Below are positions 1 through 15,000 of a stretch of DNA of 64,000 bases, in pieces (position 1 is the stretch's first letter; the number at the start of each line of letters is the position of its first letter). A program made the position numbers and the translations under genes. The stretch comes from Eledone cirrhosa (lineage: Eukaryota). Location: contig OZ024743.1 in the NCBI GenBank assembly GCA_964016885.1, positions 243,288,001-243,352,000 on the forward strand. Direction: 5' to 3'. Under the pieces are notes generated by a model, which saw only the letters and a list, made by a program, of their open reading frames with translations, made no database searches and had not been told where the DNA came from.

Positions 1-3000
1 TAGTAGCACAGCTGTACCAACCAAAATGGTTTGGTATAATTGTAGTAGACACAGCTGTACCAACCAAAATGGTTTGGTATAATATTAGTAGCCACAGCTG
101 TACCAACTAAAATGCTTTGGTATAATTGTAGTAGACACAGCTGTACCAACCAAAATGGTTTGGTATAATTGTAGTAGACACAGCTGTACCAACCAAAATG
201 GTTTGGTATAATTGTAGTAGACACAGCTGTACCAACCAAAATTGTTTGGTATAATTGTAGTAGACACAGCTGTACGAACCAAAATGGTTTGGTATAATTG
301 TAGTAGACACAGCTGTACCAACCAAAATGGTTTAGTAATATTGTAGTATACACAGAACTGTACCAACCAAAATGGTTTGATATAATTGTAGTAGACACAG
401 ATATAAACCAACCATAGTGGTATAGTAATATTGTAGTAGACACAGCTGTACCAACCAAAATGGTTTAGTAATATTGTAGTAGACACAGAACTGTACCAAC
501 CAAAATGGTTTGGTATAATTGTAGTAGACACAGCTGTACCAACCAAAATGGTTTAGTAATATTGTAGTAGACACAGAACTGTACCAACCAAAATGGTTTG
601 ATATAATTGTAGTAGACACAGAGATAAACCAACCATAGTGGTATAGTAATATTGTAGTAGACACAGACATAAACCAACCAAAATGGTATAGTAATATTGT
701 AGTAGACACAAGGCACTGTATCAACCAAAATGGTTTAGTAATATTGTAGTAGACACAGAGATAAACCAACTAAAGCGGTATAGTAATATTGTAGTAGACA
801 CAGAGATAAACCAACCAAAGCGGTATAGTAATATTGTAGTAGACACAGCGATAAACCAACCAAAGTGGTATAGTAATATTGTAGTAGACACAAGGCACTG
901 TATCAACCAAAGCGGTATAGTAATATTGTAGTAGACACAGAGATAAACCAACCAAAATGATTTAGTAATATTGTAGTAGACACAGAGATAAACCAACCAA
1001 AGCGGTATAGTAATATTGTAGTAGACACAGACATAAACCAACCAAAGTGGTATAGTAATATTGTAGTAGACACAGACATAAACCAACCAAAGTGGTATCG
1101 TAATATTGTAGTAGACACAGACATAAACCAACCAAAGTGGTATAGTAATATTGTAGTAGACACAGACATAAACCAACCAAAATGGTATAGTAATATTGTA
1201 GTAGACACAGACATAAACCAACCAAAGCGGTATAGTAATATTGTAGTAGACACAGACATAAACCAACCAAAGCGGTATAGTAATATTGTAGTAGACACAG
1301 ACATAAACTAACCAAAGCGGTATAGTAATATTGTAGTAGACACAGAGATAAACCAACCAAAGCGGTATAGTAATATTGTAGTAGACACAGACATAAACCA
1401 ACCAAAGCGGTATAGTAATATTGTAGTAGACACAGAGATAAACCAACCAAAATGGTATAGTAATATTGTAGTAGACACAGAGATAAACCAACCAAAGCGG
1501 TATAGTAATATTGTAGTAGACACAGACATAAACCAACCAAAGCGGTATAGTAATATTGTAGTAGACACAAGGCACTGTATCAACCAAAATGGTATAGTAA
1601 TATTGTAGTAGACACAGAGATAAACCAACCAAAGCGGTATAGTAATATTGTAGTAGACGCAGACATAAACCAACCAAAGCGGTATAGTAATATTGTAGTA
1701 GACACAGAGATAAACCAACCAAAGCGGTATAGTAATTTTGTAGTAGACACAGACATAAACCAACCAAAGCGGTATAGTAATATTGTAGTAGACACAGAGA
1801 TAAACCAACCAAAGCGGTATAGTAATATTGTAGTAGACACAGACATAAACCAACCTAAGCGGTATAGTAATATTGTAGTAGACACAGACATAAACCAACC
1901 AAAGCGGTATAGTAATATTGTAGTAGACACAGACATAAACCAACCAAAGTGGTATAGTAATATTGTAGTAGACACAGACATAAACCAACCAAAGCGGTAT
2001 AGTAATATTGTAGTAGACACAGACATAAACCAACCAAAGTGGTTTAGTAATATTGTAGTAGACACAGACATAAACCAACCAAAGTGGTTTAGTAATATTG
2101 TAGTAGACACAGACATAAACCAACCAAAGCGGTATAGTAATATTGTAGTAGACACAGACATAAACCAACCAAAGCGGTATAGTAATATTGTAGTAGACAC
2201 AGAGATAAACCAACCAAAGCGGTATAGTAATATTGTAGTAGACACAGACATAAACCAACCGAAGCGGTATAGTAATATTGTAGTAGACACAGAGATAAAC
2301 CAACCAAAGCGGTATAGTAATATTGTAGTAGACACAGACATAAACCAACCTAAGTGGTATAGTAATATTGTAGTAGACACAGACGTAAACCAACCAAAAC
2401 GGTATAGTAATATTGTAGTAGACACAGACATAAACCAACCAAAACGGTATAGTAATATTGTAGTAGACACAGCGATAAACCAACCAAAATGGTATAGTAA
2501 TATTGTAGTAGACACAGAGATAAACCAACCAAAAACGGTATAGTAATATTGTAGTAGACACAGAGATAAACCAACCAAAAACGGTATAGTAATATTGTAG
2601 TAGACACAGACATAAACCAACCAAAGTGGTTTAGTAATATTGTAGTAGACATAGACATAAACCAACCAAAGCGGTATAGTAATATTGTAGTAGACACAGA
2701 GATAAACCAACCAAAAACGGTATAGTAATATTGTAGTAGACACAGACATAAACCAACCAAAGTGGTTTAGTAATATTGTAGTAGACATAGACATAAACCA
2801 ACCAAAGCGGTATAGTAATATTGTAGTAGACACAGACATAAACCAACCAAAGCGGTATAGTAATATTGTAGTAGACACAGAGATAAACCAACCAAAGCGG
2901 TATAGTAATATTGTAGTAGACACAGACATAAAACAACCAAAATGGTATAGTAATATTGTAGTAGACACAGACATAAACCAACCAAAGCGGTATAGTAATA

Positions 3001-6000
3001 TTGTAGTAGACACAGAGATAAACCAACCAAAGCGGTATAGTAATATTGTAGTAGACACAGACATAAACCAACCAAAAACGGTATAGTAATATTGTAGTAG
3101 ACACAGAGATAAACCAACCAAAAACGGTATAGTAATATTGTAGTAGACACAGAGATAAACCAACCAAAGTGGTTTAGTAATATTGTAGTAGACATAGACA
3201 TAAACCAACCAAAGCGGTATAGTAATATTGTAGTAGACACAGACATAAACCAACCAAAGCGGTATAGTAATATTGTAGTAGACACAGAGATAAACCAACC
3301 AAAGCGGTATAGTAATATTGTAGTAGACACAGACATAAACCAACCAAAGCGGTATAGTAATATTGTAGTAGACACAGACATAAACCAACCAAAGCGGTAT
3401 AGTAATATTGTAGTAGACACAGACATAAACCAACCAAAGTGGTATAGTAATATTGTAGTAGACACAGACATAAACCAACCAAAGTGGTATAGTAATATTG
3501 TAGTAGACACAGAGAGAAACCAACCAAAAGGGTATAGTAATATTGTAGTAGACACAGAGACAAACCAACCAAAGCTGTATAGTAATATTGTAGTAGACAC
3601 AGAGATACACCAACCAAAATGGTATAGTAATATTGTAGTAGACACAGACATAAACCAACCAAAGCGGTATAGTAATATTGTAGTAGACACAGACATAAAC
3701 CAACCAAAGTGGTATAGTAATATTGTAGTAGACACAGACATAAACCAACCAAAGCGGTATAGTAATATTGTAGTAGACACAGAGATAAACCAACCAAAAT
3801 GGTATAGTAATATTGTAGTAGACACAGACATAAACCAACCAAAAGGGTATAGTAATATTGTAGTAGACACAGACATAAACCAACCAAAGTGGTATAGTAA
3901 TATTGTAGTAGACACAGACATAAACCAACCAAAGCGGTATAGTAATATTGTAGTAGACACAGACATAAACCAACCAAAGCGATATAGTAATATTGTAGTA
4001 GACACAGACATAAACCAACCAAAGCGGTATAGTAATATTGTAGTAGACACAAGGCACTGTATCAACCAAAGCGGTATAGTAATATTGTAGTAGACACAGA
4101 CATAAACCAACCAAAGCGGTATAGTAATATTGTAGTAGACACAGACATAAACCAACCAAAATGGTATAGTAATATTGTAGTAGACACAGAGATAAACCAA
4201 CCAAAATGGTATAGTAATATTGTAGTAGACACAGAGATAAACCAACCAAAGCGTTATAGTAATATTGTAGTAGACACAGACATAAACCAACCAAAGCGGT
4301 ATAGTAATATTGTAGTAGACACAAGGCACTGTATCAACCAAAGCGGTATAGTAATATTGTAGTAGACACAGACATAAACCAACCAAAGCGGTATAGTAAT
4401 ATTGTAGTAGACACAGACATAAACCAACCAAAGTGGTATAGTAATATTGTAGTAGACACAGACATAAACCAACCAAAGCGGTATAGTAATATTGTAGTAG
4501 ACATAGACATAAAGCAACCAAACCGGTATAGTAATATTGTAGTAGACACAGACATAAACCAACCAAAGCGGTATAGTAATATTGTAGTAGACACAGACAT
4601 AAACCAACCAAAATGGTATAGTAATATTGTAGTAGACACAGACATAAACCAACCAAAGCGGTATAGTAATATTGTAGTAGACACAGAGATAAACCAACCA
4701 AAGCGGTATAGTAATATTGTAGTAGACACAGACATAAACCAACCAAAATGGTATAGTAATATTGTAGTAGACACAGACATAAACCAACCAAAGCGGTATA
4801 GTAATATTGTAGTAGACACAGACATAAACCAACCAAAGCGGTATAGTAATATTGTAGTAGACACAGAGATAAACCAACCAAAGCGGTATAGTAATATTGT
4901 AGTAGACACAGACATAAACCAACCAAAATGGTATAGTAATATTGTAGTAGACACAGACATAAACCAACCAAAGCGGTATAGTAATATTGTAGTAGACACA
5001 GAGATAAACCAACCAAAGCGGTATAGTAATATTGTAGTAGACACAGAGATAAACCAACCAAAATGGTATAGTAATATTGTAGTAGACACAGACATAAACC
5101 AACCAAATCGGTATAGTAATATTGTAGTAGACACAGAGATAAACCAACCAAAATGGTATAGTAATATTGTAGTAGACACAGACATAAACCAACCAAAGCG
5201 GTATAGTAATATTGTAGTAGACACAGACATAAACCAACCAAAGCGGTATAGTAATATTGTAGTAGACACAGACATAAACCAACCAAAATGGTTTAGTAAT
5301 ATTGTAGTAGACACAGACATAAACCAACCAAAGCGGTATAGTAATATTGTAGTAGACACAGAGATAAACCAACCAAAGCGGTATAGTAATATTGTAGTAG
5401 ACACAGAGATAAACCAACCAAAGCGGTATAGTAATATTGTAGTAGACACAGACATAAACCAACCAAAGCGGTATAGTAATATTGTAGTAGACACAGAGAT
5501 AAACCAACCAAAGCGGTATAGTAATATTGTAGTAGACACAGACATAAACCAACCAAAGTGGCATAATAATATTGTAGTAGACACAGACATAAACCAACCA
5601 AAGCGGTATAGTAATATTGTAGTAGACACAGACATAAACCAACCAAAGTGGCATAGTAATATTGTAGTAGACACAGACATAAACCAACCAAAGTGGTTTA
5701 GTAATATTGTAGTAGACACAGAGATAAACCAACCAAAGCGGTATAGTAATATTGTAGTAGACACAGACATAAACCAACCAAAGCGGTATAGTAATATTGT
5801 AGTAGACACAGACATAAACCAACCTAAGTGGTATAGTAATATTGTAGTAGACACAGACATAAACCAACCAAAGCGGTATAGTAATATTGTAGTAGACACA
5901 GACATAAACCAACCAAAGCGGTATAGTAATATTGTAGTAGACACAGACATAAACCAACCAAAGTGGTATAGTAATATTGTAGTAGACGCAGACATAAACC

Positions 6001-9000
6001 AACCAAAGCGGTATAGTAATATTGTAGTAGACACAGACATAAACCAACCAAAGCGGTATAGTAATATTGTAGTAGACACAGACATAAACCAACCAAAGCG
6101 GTATAGTAATATTGTAGTAGACACAGCGATAAACCAACCAAAATGGTATAGTAATATTGTAGTAGACACAGAGATAAACCAACCAAAAACGGTATAGTAA
6201 TATTGTAGTAGACACAGAGATAAACCAACCAAAAACGGTATAGTAATATTGTAGTAGACACAGACATAAACCAACCAAAGTGGTTTAGTAATATTGTAGT
6301 AGACATAGACATAAACCAACCAAAGCGGTATAGTAATATTGTAGTAGACACAGAGATAAACCAACCAAAAACGGTATAGTAATATTGTAGTAGACACAGA
6401 CATAAACCAACCAAAGTGGTTTAGTAATATTGTAGTAGACATAGACATAAACCAACCAAAGCGGTATAGTAATATTGTAGTAGACACAGAGATAAACCAA
6501 CCAAAGCGGTATAGTAATATTGTAGTAGACACAGACATAAAACAACCAAAATGGTATAGTAATATTGTAGTAGACACAGACATAAACCAACCAAATTGGT
6601 ATAGTAATATTGTAGTAGACACAGAGATAAACCAACCAAAGCGGTATAGTAATATTGTAGTAGACACAGACATAAACCAACCAAAAACGGTATAGTAATA
6701 TTGTAGTAGACACAGAGATAAACCAACCAAAAACGGTATAGTAATATTGTAGTAGACACAGACATAAACCAACCAAAGTGGTTTAGTAATATTGTAGTAG
6801 ACATAGACATAAACCAACCAAAGCAGTATAGTAATATTGTAGTAGACACAGACATAAACCAACCAAAGCGGTATAGTAATATTGTAGTAGACACAAGGCA
6901 CTGTATCAACCAAAGCGGTATAGTAATATTGTAGTAGACACAGACATAAACCAACCAAAGCGGTATAGTAATATTGTAGTAGACACAGAGATAAACCAAC
7001 CAAAGCGGTATAGTAATATTGTAGTAGACACAGAGAGAAACCAACCAAAAGGGTATAGTAATATTGTAGTAGACACAGAGACAAACCAACCAAAGCTGTA
7101 TAGTAATATTGTAGTAGACACAGAGATAAACCAACCAAAATGGTATAGTAATATTGTAGTAGACACAGACATAAACCAACCAAAGCGATATAGTAATATT
7201 GTAGTAGACACAGACATAAACCAACCAAAGCGGTATAGTAATATTGTAGTAGACACAAGGCACTGTATCAACCAAAGCGGTATAGTAATATTGTAGTAGA
7301 CACAGACATAAACCAACCAAAGCGGTATAGTAATATTGTAGTAGACACAGACATAAACCAACCAAAATGGTATAGTAATATTGTAGTAGACACAGAGATA
7401 AACCAACCAAAATGGTATAGTAATATTGTAGTAGACACAGAGATAAACCAACCAAAGCGTTATAGTAATATTGTAGTAGACACAGACATAAACCAACCAA
7501 AGCGGTATAGTAATATTGTAGTAGACACAAGGCACTGTATCAACCAAAGCGGTATAGTAATATTGTAGTAGACACAGACATAAACCAACCAAAGCGGTAT
7601 AGTAATATTGTAGTAGACACAGACATAAACCAACCAAAGTGGTATAGTAATATTGTAGTAGACACAGACATAAACCAACCAAAGCGGTATAGTAATATTG
7701 TAGTAGACATAGACATAAAGCAACCAAAGCGGTATAGTAATATTGTAGTAGACACAGACATAAACCAACCAAAGCGGTATAGTAATATTGTAGTAGACAC
7801 AGACATAAACCAACCAAAATGGTATAGTAATATTGTAGTAGACACAGACATAAACCAACCAAAGCGGTATAGTAATATTGTAGTAGACACAGAGATAAAC
7901 CAACCAAAGCGGTATAGTAATATTGTAGTAGACACAGACATAAACCAACCAAAATGGTATAGTAATATTGTAGTAGACACAGACATAAACCAACCAAAGC
8001 GGTATAGTAATATTGTAGTAGACACAGACATAAACCAACCAAAGCGGTATAGTAATATTGTAGTAGACACAGAGATAAACCAACCAAAGCGGTATAGTAA
8101 TATTGTAGTAGACACAGACATAAAACAACCAAAATGGTTTAGTAATATTGTAGTAGACACAGACATAAACCAACCAAAGCGGTATAGTAATATTGTAGTA
8201 GACACAGAGATAAACCAACCAAAGCGGTATAGTAATATTGTAGTAGACACAGACATAAACCAACCAAAAACGGTATAGTAATATTGTAGTAGACACAGAG
8301 ATAAACCAACCAAAAACGGTATAGTAATATTGTAGTAGACACAGAGATAAACCAACCAAAGTGGTTTAGTAATATTGTAGTAGACATAGACATAAACCAA
8401 CCAAAGCGGTATAGTAATATTGTAGTAGACACAGACATAAACCAACCAAAGCGGTATAGTAATATTGTAGTAGACACAGAGATAAACCAACCAAAGCGGT
8501 ATAGTAATATTGTAGTAGACACAGACATAAACCAACCAAAGCGGTATAGTAATATTGTAGTAGACACAGACATAAACCAACCAAAGCGGTATAGTAATAT
8601 TGTAGTAGACACAGACATAAACCAACCAAAGTGGTATAGTAATATTGTAGTAGACACAGACATAAACCAACCAAAGTGGTATAGTAATATTGTAGTAGAC
8701 ACAGAGAGAAACCAACCAAAAGGGTATAGTAATATTGTAGTAGACACAGAGACAAACCAACCAAAGCTGTATAGTAATATTGTAGTAGACACAGAGATAC
8801 ACCAACCAAAATGGTATAGTAATATTGTAGTAGACACAGACATAAACCAACCAAAGCGGTATAGTAATATTGTAGTAGACACAGACATAAACCAACCAAA
8901 GTGGTATAGTAATATTGTAGTAGACACAGACATAAACCAACCAAAGCGGTATAGTAATATTGTAGTAGACACAGAGATAAACCAACCAAAATGGTATAGT

Positions 9001-12000
9001 AATATTGTAGTAGACACAGACATAAACCAACCAAAAGGGTATAGTAATATTGTAGTAGACACAGACATAAACCAACCAAAGTGGTATAGTAATATTGTAG
9101 TAGACACAGACATAAACCAACCAAAGCGGTATAGTAATATTGTAGTAGACACAGACATAAACCAACCAAAGCGATATAGTAATATTGTAGTAGACACAGA
9201 CATAAACCAACCAAAGCGGTATAGTAATATTGTAGTAGACACAAGGCACTGTATCAACCAAAGCGGTATAGTAATATTGTAGTAGACACAGACATAAACC
9301 AACCAAAGCGGTATAGTAATATTGTAGTAGACACAGACATAAACCAACGAAAATGGTATAGTAATATTGTAGTAGACACAGAGATAAACCAACCAAAATG
9401 GTATAGTAATATTGTAGTAGACACAGAGATAAACCAACCAAAGCGTTATAGTAATATTGTAGTAGACACAGACATAAACCAACCAAAGCGGTATAGTAAT
9501 ATTGTAGTAGACACAAGGCACTGTATCAACCAAAGCGGTATAGTAATATTGTAGTAGACACAGACATAAACCAACCAAAGCGGTATAGTAATATTGTAGT
9601 AGACACAGACATAAACCAACCAAAGTGGTATAGTAATATTGTAGTAGACACAGACATAAACCAACCAAAGCGGTATAGTAATATTGTAGTAGACATAGAC
9701 ATAAAGCAACCAAACCGGTATAGTAATATTGTAGTAGACACAGACATAAACCAACCAAAGCGGTATAGTAATATTGTAGTAGACACAGACATAAACCAAC
9801 CAAAATGGTATAGTAATATTGTAGTAGACACAGACATAAACCAACCAAAGCGGTATAGTAATATTGTAGTAGACACAGAGATAAACCAACCAAAGCGGTA
9901 TAGTAATATTGTAGTAGACACAGACATAAACCAACCAAAATGGTATAGTAATATTGTAGTAGACACAGACATAAACCAACCAAAGCGGTATAGTAATATT
10001 GTAGTAGACACAGACATAAACCAACCAAAGCGGTATAGTAATATTGTAGTAGACACAGAGATAAACCAACCAAAGCGGTATAGTAATATTGTAGTAGACA
10101 CAGACATAAACCAACCAAAATGGTATAGTAATATTGTAGTAGACACAGACATAAACCAACCAAAGCGGTATAGTAATATTGTAGTAGACACAGAGATAAA
10201 CCAACCAAAGCGGTATAGTAATATTGTAGTAGACACAGAGATAAACCAACCAAAATGGTATAGTAATATTGTAGTAGACACAGACATAAACCAACCAAAT
10301 CGGTATAGTAATATTGTAGTAGACACAGAGATAAACCAACCAAAATGGTATAGTAATATTGTAGTAGACACAGACATAAACCAACCAAAGCGGTATAGTA
10401 ATATTGTAGTAGACACAGACATAAACCAACCAAAGCGGTATAGTAATATTGTAGTAGACACAGACATAAACCAACCAAAATGGTTTAGTAATATTGTAGT
10501 AGACACAGACATAAACCAACCAAAGCGGTATAGTAATATTGTAGTAGACACAGAGATAAACCAACCAAAGCGGTATAGTAATATTGTAGTAGACACAGAG
10601 ATAAACCAACCAAAGCGGTATAGTAATATTGTAATAGACACAGACATAAACCAACCAAAGCGGTATAGTAATATTGTAGTAGACACAGAGATAAACCAAC
10701 CAAAGCGGTATAGTAATATTGTAGTAGACACAGACATAAACCAACCAAAGTGGCATAATAATATTGTAGTAGACACAGACATAAACCAACCAAAGCGGTA
10801 TAGTAATATTGTAGTAGACACAGACATAAACCAACCAAAGTGGCATAGTAATATTGTAGTAGACACAGACATAAACCAACCAAAGTGGTTTAGTAATATT
10901 GTAGTAGACACAGAGATAAACCAACCAAAGCGGTATAGTAATATTGTAGTAGACACAGACATAAACCAACCAAAGCGGTATAGTAATATTGTAGTAGACA
11001 CAGACATAAACCAACCTAAGTGGTATAGTAATATTGTAGTAGACACAGACATAAACCAACCAAAGCGGTATAGTAATATTGTAGTAGACACAGACATAAA
11101 CCAACCAAAGCGGTATAGTAATATTGTAGTAGACACAGACATAAACCAACCAAAGTGGTATAGTAATATTGTAGTAGACGCAGACATAAACCAACCAAAG
11201 CGGTATAGTAATATTGTAGTAGACACAGACATAAACCAACCAAAGCGGTATAGTAATATTGTAGTAGACACAGACATAAACCAACCAAAGCGGTATAGTA
11301 ATATTGTAGTAGACACAGCGATAAACCAACCAAAATGGTATAGTAATATTGTAGTAGACACAGAGATAAACCAACCAAAAACGGTATAGTAATATTGTAG
11401 TAGACACAGAGATAAACCAACCAAAAACGGTATAGTAATATTGTAGTAGACACAGACATAAACCAACCAAAGTGGTTTAGTAATATTGTAGTAGACATAG
11501 ACATAAACCAACCAAAGCGGTATAGTAATATTGTAGTAGACACAGAGATAAACCAACCAAAAACGGTATAGTAATATTGTAGTAGACACAGACATAAACC
11601 AACCAAAGTGGTTTAGTAATATTGTAGTAGACATAGACATAAACCAACCAAAGCGGTATAGTAATATTGTAGTAGACACAGACATAAACCAACCAAAGCG
11701 GTATAGTAATATTGTAGTAGACACAGAGATAAACCAACCAAAGCGGTATAGTAATATTGTAGTAGACACAGACATAAAACAACCAAAATGGTATAGTAAT
11801 ATTGTAGTAGACACAGACATAAACCAACCAAATTGGTATAGTAATATTGTAGTAGACACAGAGATAAACCAACCAAAGCGGTATAGTAATATTGTAGTAG
11901 ACACAGACATAAACCAACCAAAAACGGTATAGTAATATTGTAGTAGACACAGAGATAAACCAACCAAAAACGGTATAGTAATATTGTAGTAGACACAGAC

Positions 12001-15000
12001 ATAAACCAACCAAAGTGGTTTAGTAATATTGTAGTAGACATAGACATAAACCAACCAAAGCAGTATAGTAATATTGTAGTAGACACAGACATAAACCAAC
12101 CAAAGCGGTATAGTAATATTGTAGTAGACACAGAGATAAACCAACCAAAGCGGTATAGTAATATTGTAGTAGACACAGAGAGAAACCAACCAAAAGGGTA
12201 TAGTAATATTGTAGTAGACACAGAGACAAACCAACCAAAGCTGTATAGTAATATTGTAGTAGACACAGAGATAAACCAACCAAAATGGTATAGTAATATT
12301 GTAGTAGACACAGACATAAACCAACCAAAGCGATATAGTAATATTGTAGTAGACACAGACATAAACCAACCAAAGCGGTATAGTAATATTGTAGTAGACA
12401 CAAGGCACTGTATCAACCAAAGCGGTATAGTAATATTGTAGTAGACACAGACATAAACCAACCAAAGCGGTATAGTAATATTGTAGTAGACACAGACATA
12501 AACCAACCAAAATGGTATAGTAATATTGTAGTAGACACAGAGATAAACCAACCAAAATGGTATAGTAATATTGTAGTAGACACAGAGATAAACCAACCAA
12601 AGCGTTATAGTAATATTGTAGTAGACACAGACATAAACCAACCAAAGCGGTATAGTAATATTGTAGTAGACACAAGGCACTGTATCAACCAAAGCGGTAT
12701 AGTAATATTGTAGTAGACACAGACATAAACCAACCAAAGCGGTATAGTAATATTGTAGTAGACACAGACATAAACCAACCAAAGTGGTATAGTAATATTG
12801 TAGTAGACACAGACATAAACCAACCAAAGCGGTATAGTAATATTGTAGTAGACATAGACATAAAGCAACCAAAGCGGTATAGTAATATTGTAGTAGACAC
12901 AGACATAAACCAACCAAAGCGGTATAGTAATATTGTAGTAGACACAGACATAAACCAACCAAAATGGTATAGTAATATTGTAGTAGACACAGACATAAAC
13001 CAACCAAAGCGGTATAGTAATATTGTAGTAGACACAGAGATAAACCAACCAAAGCGGTATAGTAATATTGTAGTAGACACAGACATAAACCAACCAAAAT
13101 GGTATAGTAATATTGTAGTAGACACAGACATAAACCAACCAAAGCGGTATAGTAATATTGTAGTAGACACAGACATAAACCAACCAAAGCGGTATAGTAA
13201 TATTGTAGTAGACACAGAGATAAACCAACCAAAGCGGTATAGTAATATTGTAGTAGACACAGACATAAACCAACCAAAATGGTATAGTAATATTGTAGTA
13301 GACACAGAGATAAACCAACCAAAGCGTTATAGTAATATTGTAGTAGACACAGAGATAAACCAACCAAAATAGTATAGTAATATTGTAGTAGACACAGACA
13401 TAAACCAACCAAAGCGGTATAGTAATATTGTAGTAGACACAGAGATAAACCAACCAAAGCGGTATAGTAATATTGTAGTAGACACAGAGATAAACCAACC
13501 AAAATGGTATAGTAATATTGTAGTAGACACAGACATAAACCAACCAAAGCGGTATAGTAATATTGTAGTAGACACAGAGATAAACCAACCAAAATGGTAT
13601 AGTAATATTGTAGTAGACACAGACATAAACCAACCAAAGCGGTATAGTAATATTGTAGTAGACACAGACATAAACCAACCAAAGCGGTATAGTAATATTG
13701 TAGTAGACACAGACATAAACCAACCAAAATGGTTTAGTAATATTGTAGTAGACACAGACATAAACCAACCAAAGCGGTATAGTAATATTGTAGTAGACAC
13801 AGAGATAAACCAACCAAAGTGGTATAGTAATATTGTAGTAGACACAGACATAAACCAACCAAAGTGGTATAGTAATATTGTAGTAGACACAGACATAAAC
13901 CAACCAAAGCGGTATAGTAATATTGTAGTAGACACAGACATAAACCAACCAAAGTGGTTTAGTAATATTGTAGTAGACACAGACATAAACCAACCAAAGT
14001 GGTTTAGTAATATTGTAGTAGACACAGACATAAACCAACCAAAGCGGTATAGTAATATTGTAGTAGACACAGACATAAACCAACCAAAGCGGTATAGTAA
14101 TATTGTAGTAGACACAGAGATAAACCAACCAAAGCGGTATAGTAATATTGTAGTAGACACAGAGATAAACCAACCAAAGCGGTATAGTAATATTGTAGTA
14201 GACACAGACATAAACCAACCAAAGCGGTATAGTAATATTGTAGTAGACACAGAGATAAACCAACCAAAGCGGTATAGTAATATTGTAGTAGACACAGACA
14301 TAAACCAACCAAAGTGGCATAGTAATATTGTAGTAGACACAGACATAAACCAACCAAAGCGGTATAGTAATATTGTAGTAGACACAGACATAAACCAACC
14401 AAAGTGGCATAGTAATATTGTAGTAGACACAGACATAAACCAACCAAAGTGGTTTAGTAATATTGTAGTAGACACAGAGATAAACCAACCAAAGCGGTAT
14501 AGTAATATTGTAGTAGACACAGACATAAACCAACCAAAGCGGTATAGTAATATTGTAGTAGACACAGACATAAACCAACCTAAGTGGTATAGTAATATTG
14601 TAGTAGACACAGACATAAACCAACCAAAGCGGTATAGTAATATTGTAGTAGACACAGACATAAACCAACCAAAGCGGTATAGTAATATTGTAGTAGACAC
14701 AGACATAAACCAACCAAAGTGGTATAGTAATATTGTAGTAGACGCAGACATAAACCAACCAAAGCGGTATAGTAATATTGTAGTAGACACAGACATAAAC
14801 CAACCAAAGCGGTATAGTAATATTGTAGTAGACACAGACATAAACCAACCAAAGCGGTATAGTAATATTGTAGTAGACACAGCGATAAACCAACCAAAAT
14901 GGTATAGTAATATTGTAGTAGACACAGAGATAAACCAACCAAAAACGGTATAGTAATATTGTAGTAGACACAGAGATAAACCAACCAAAAACGGTATAGT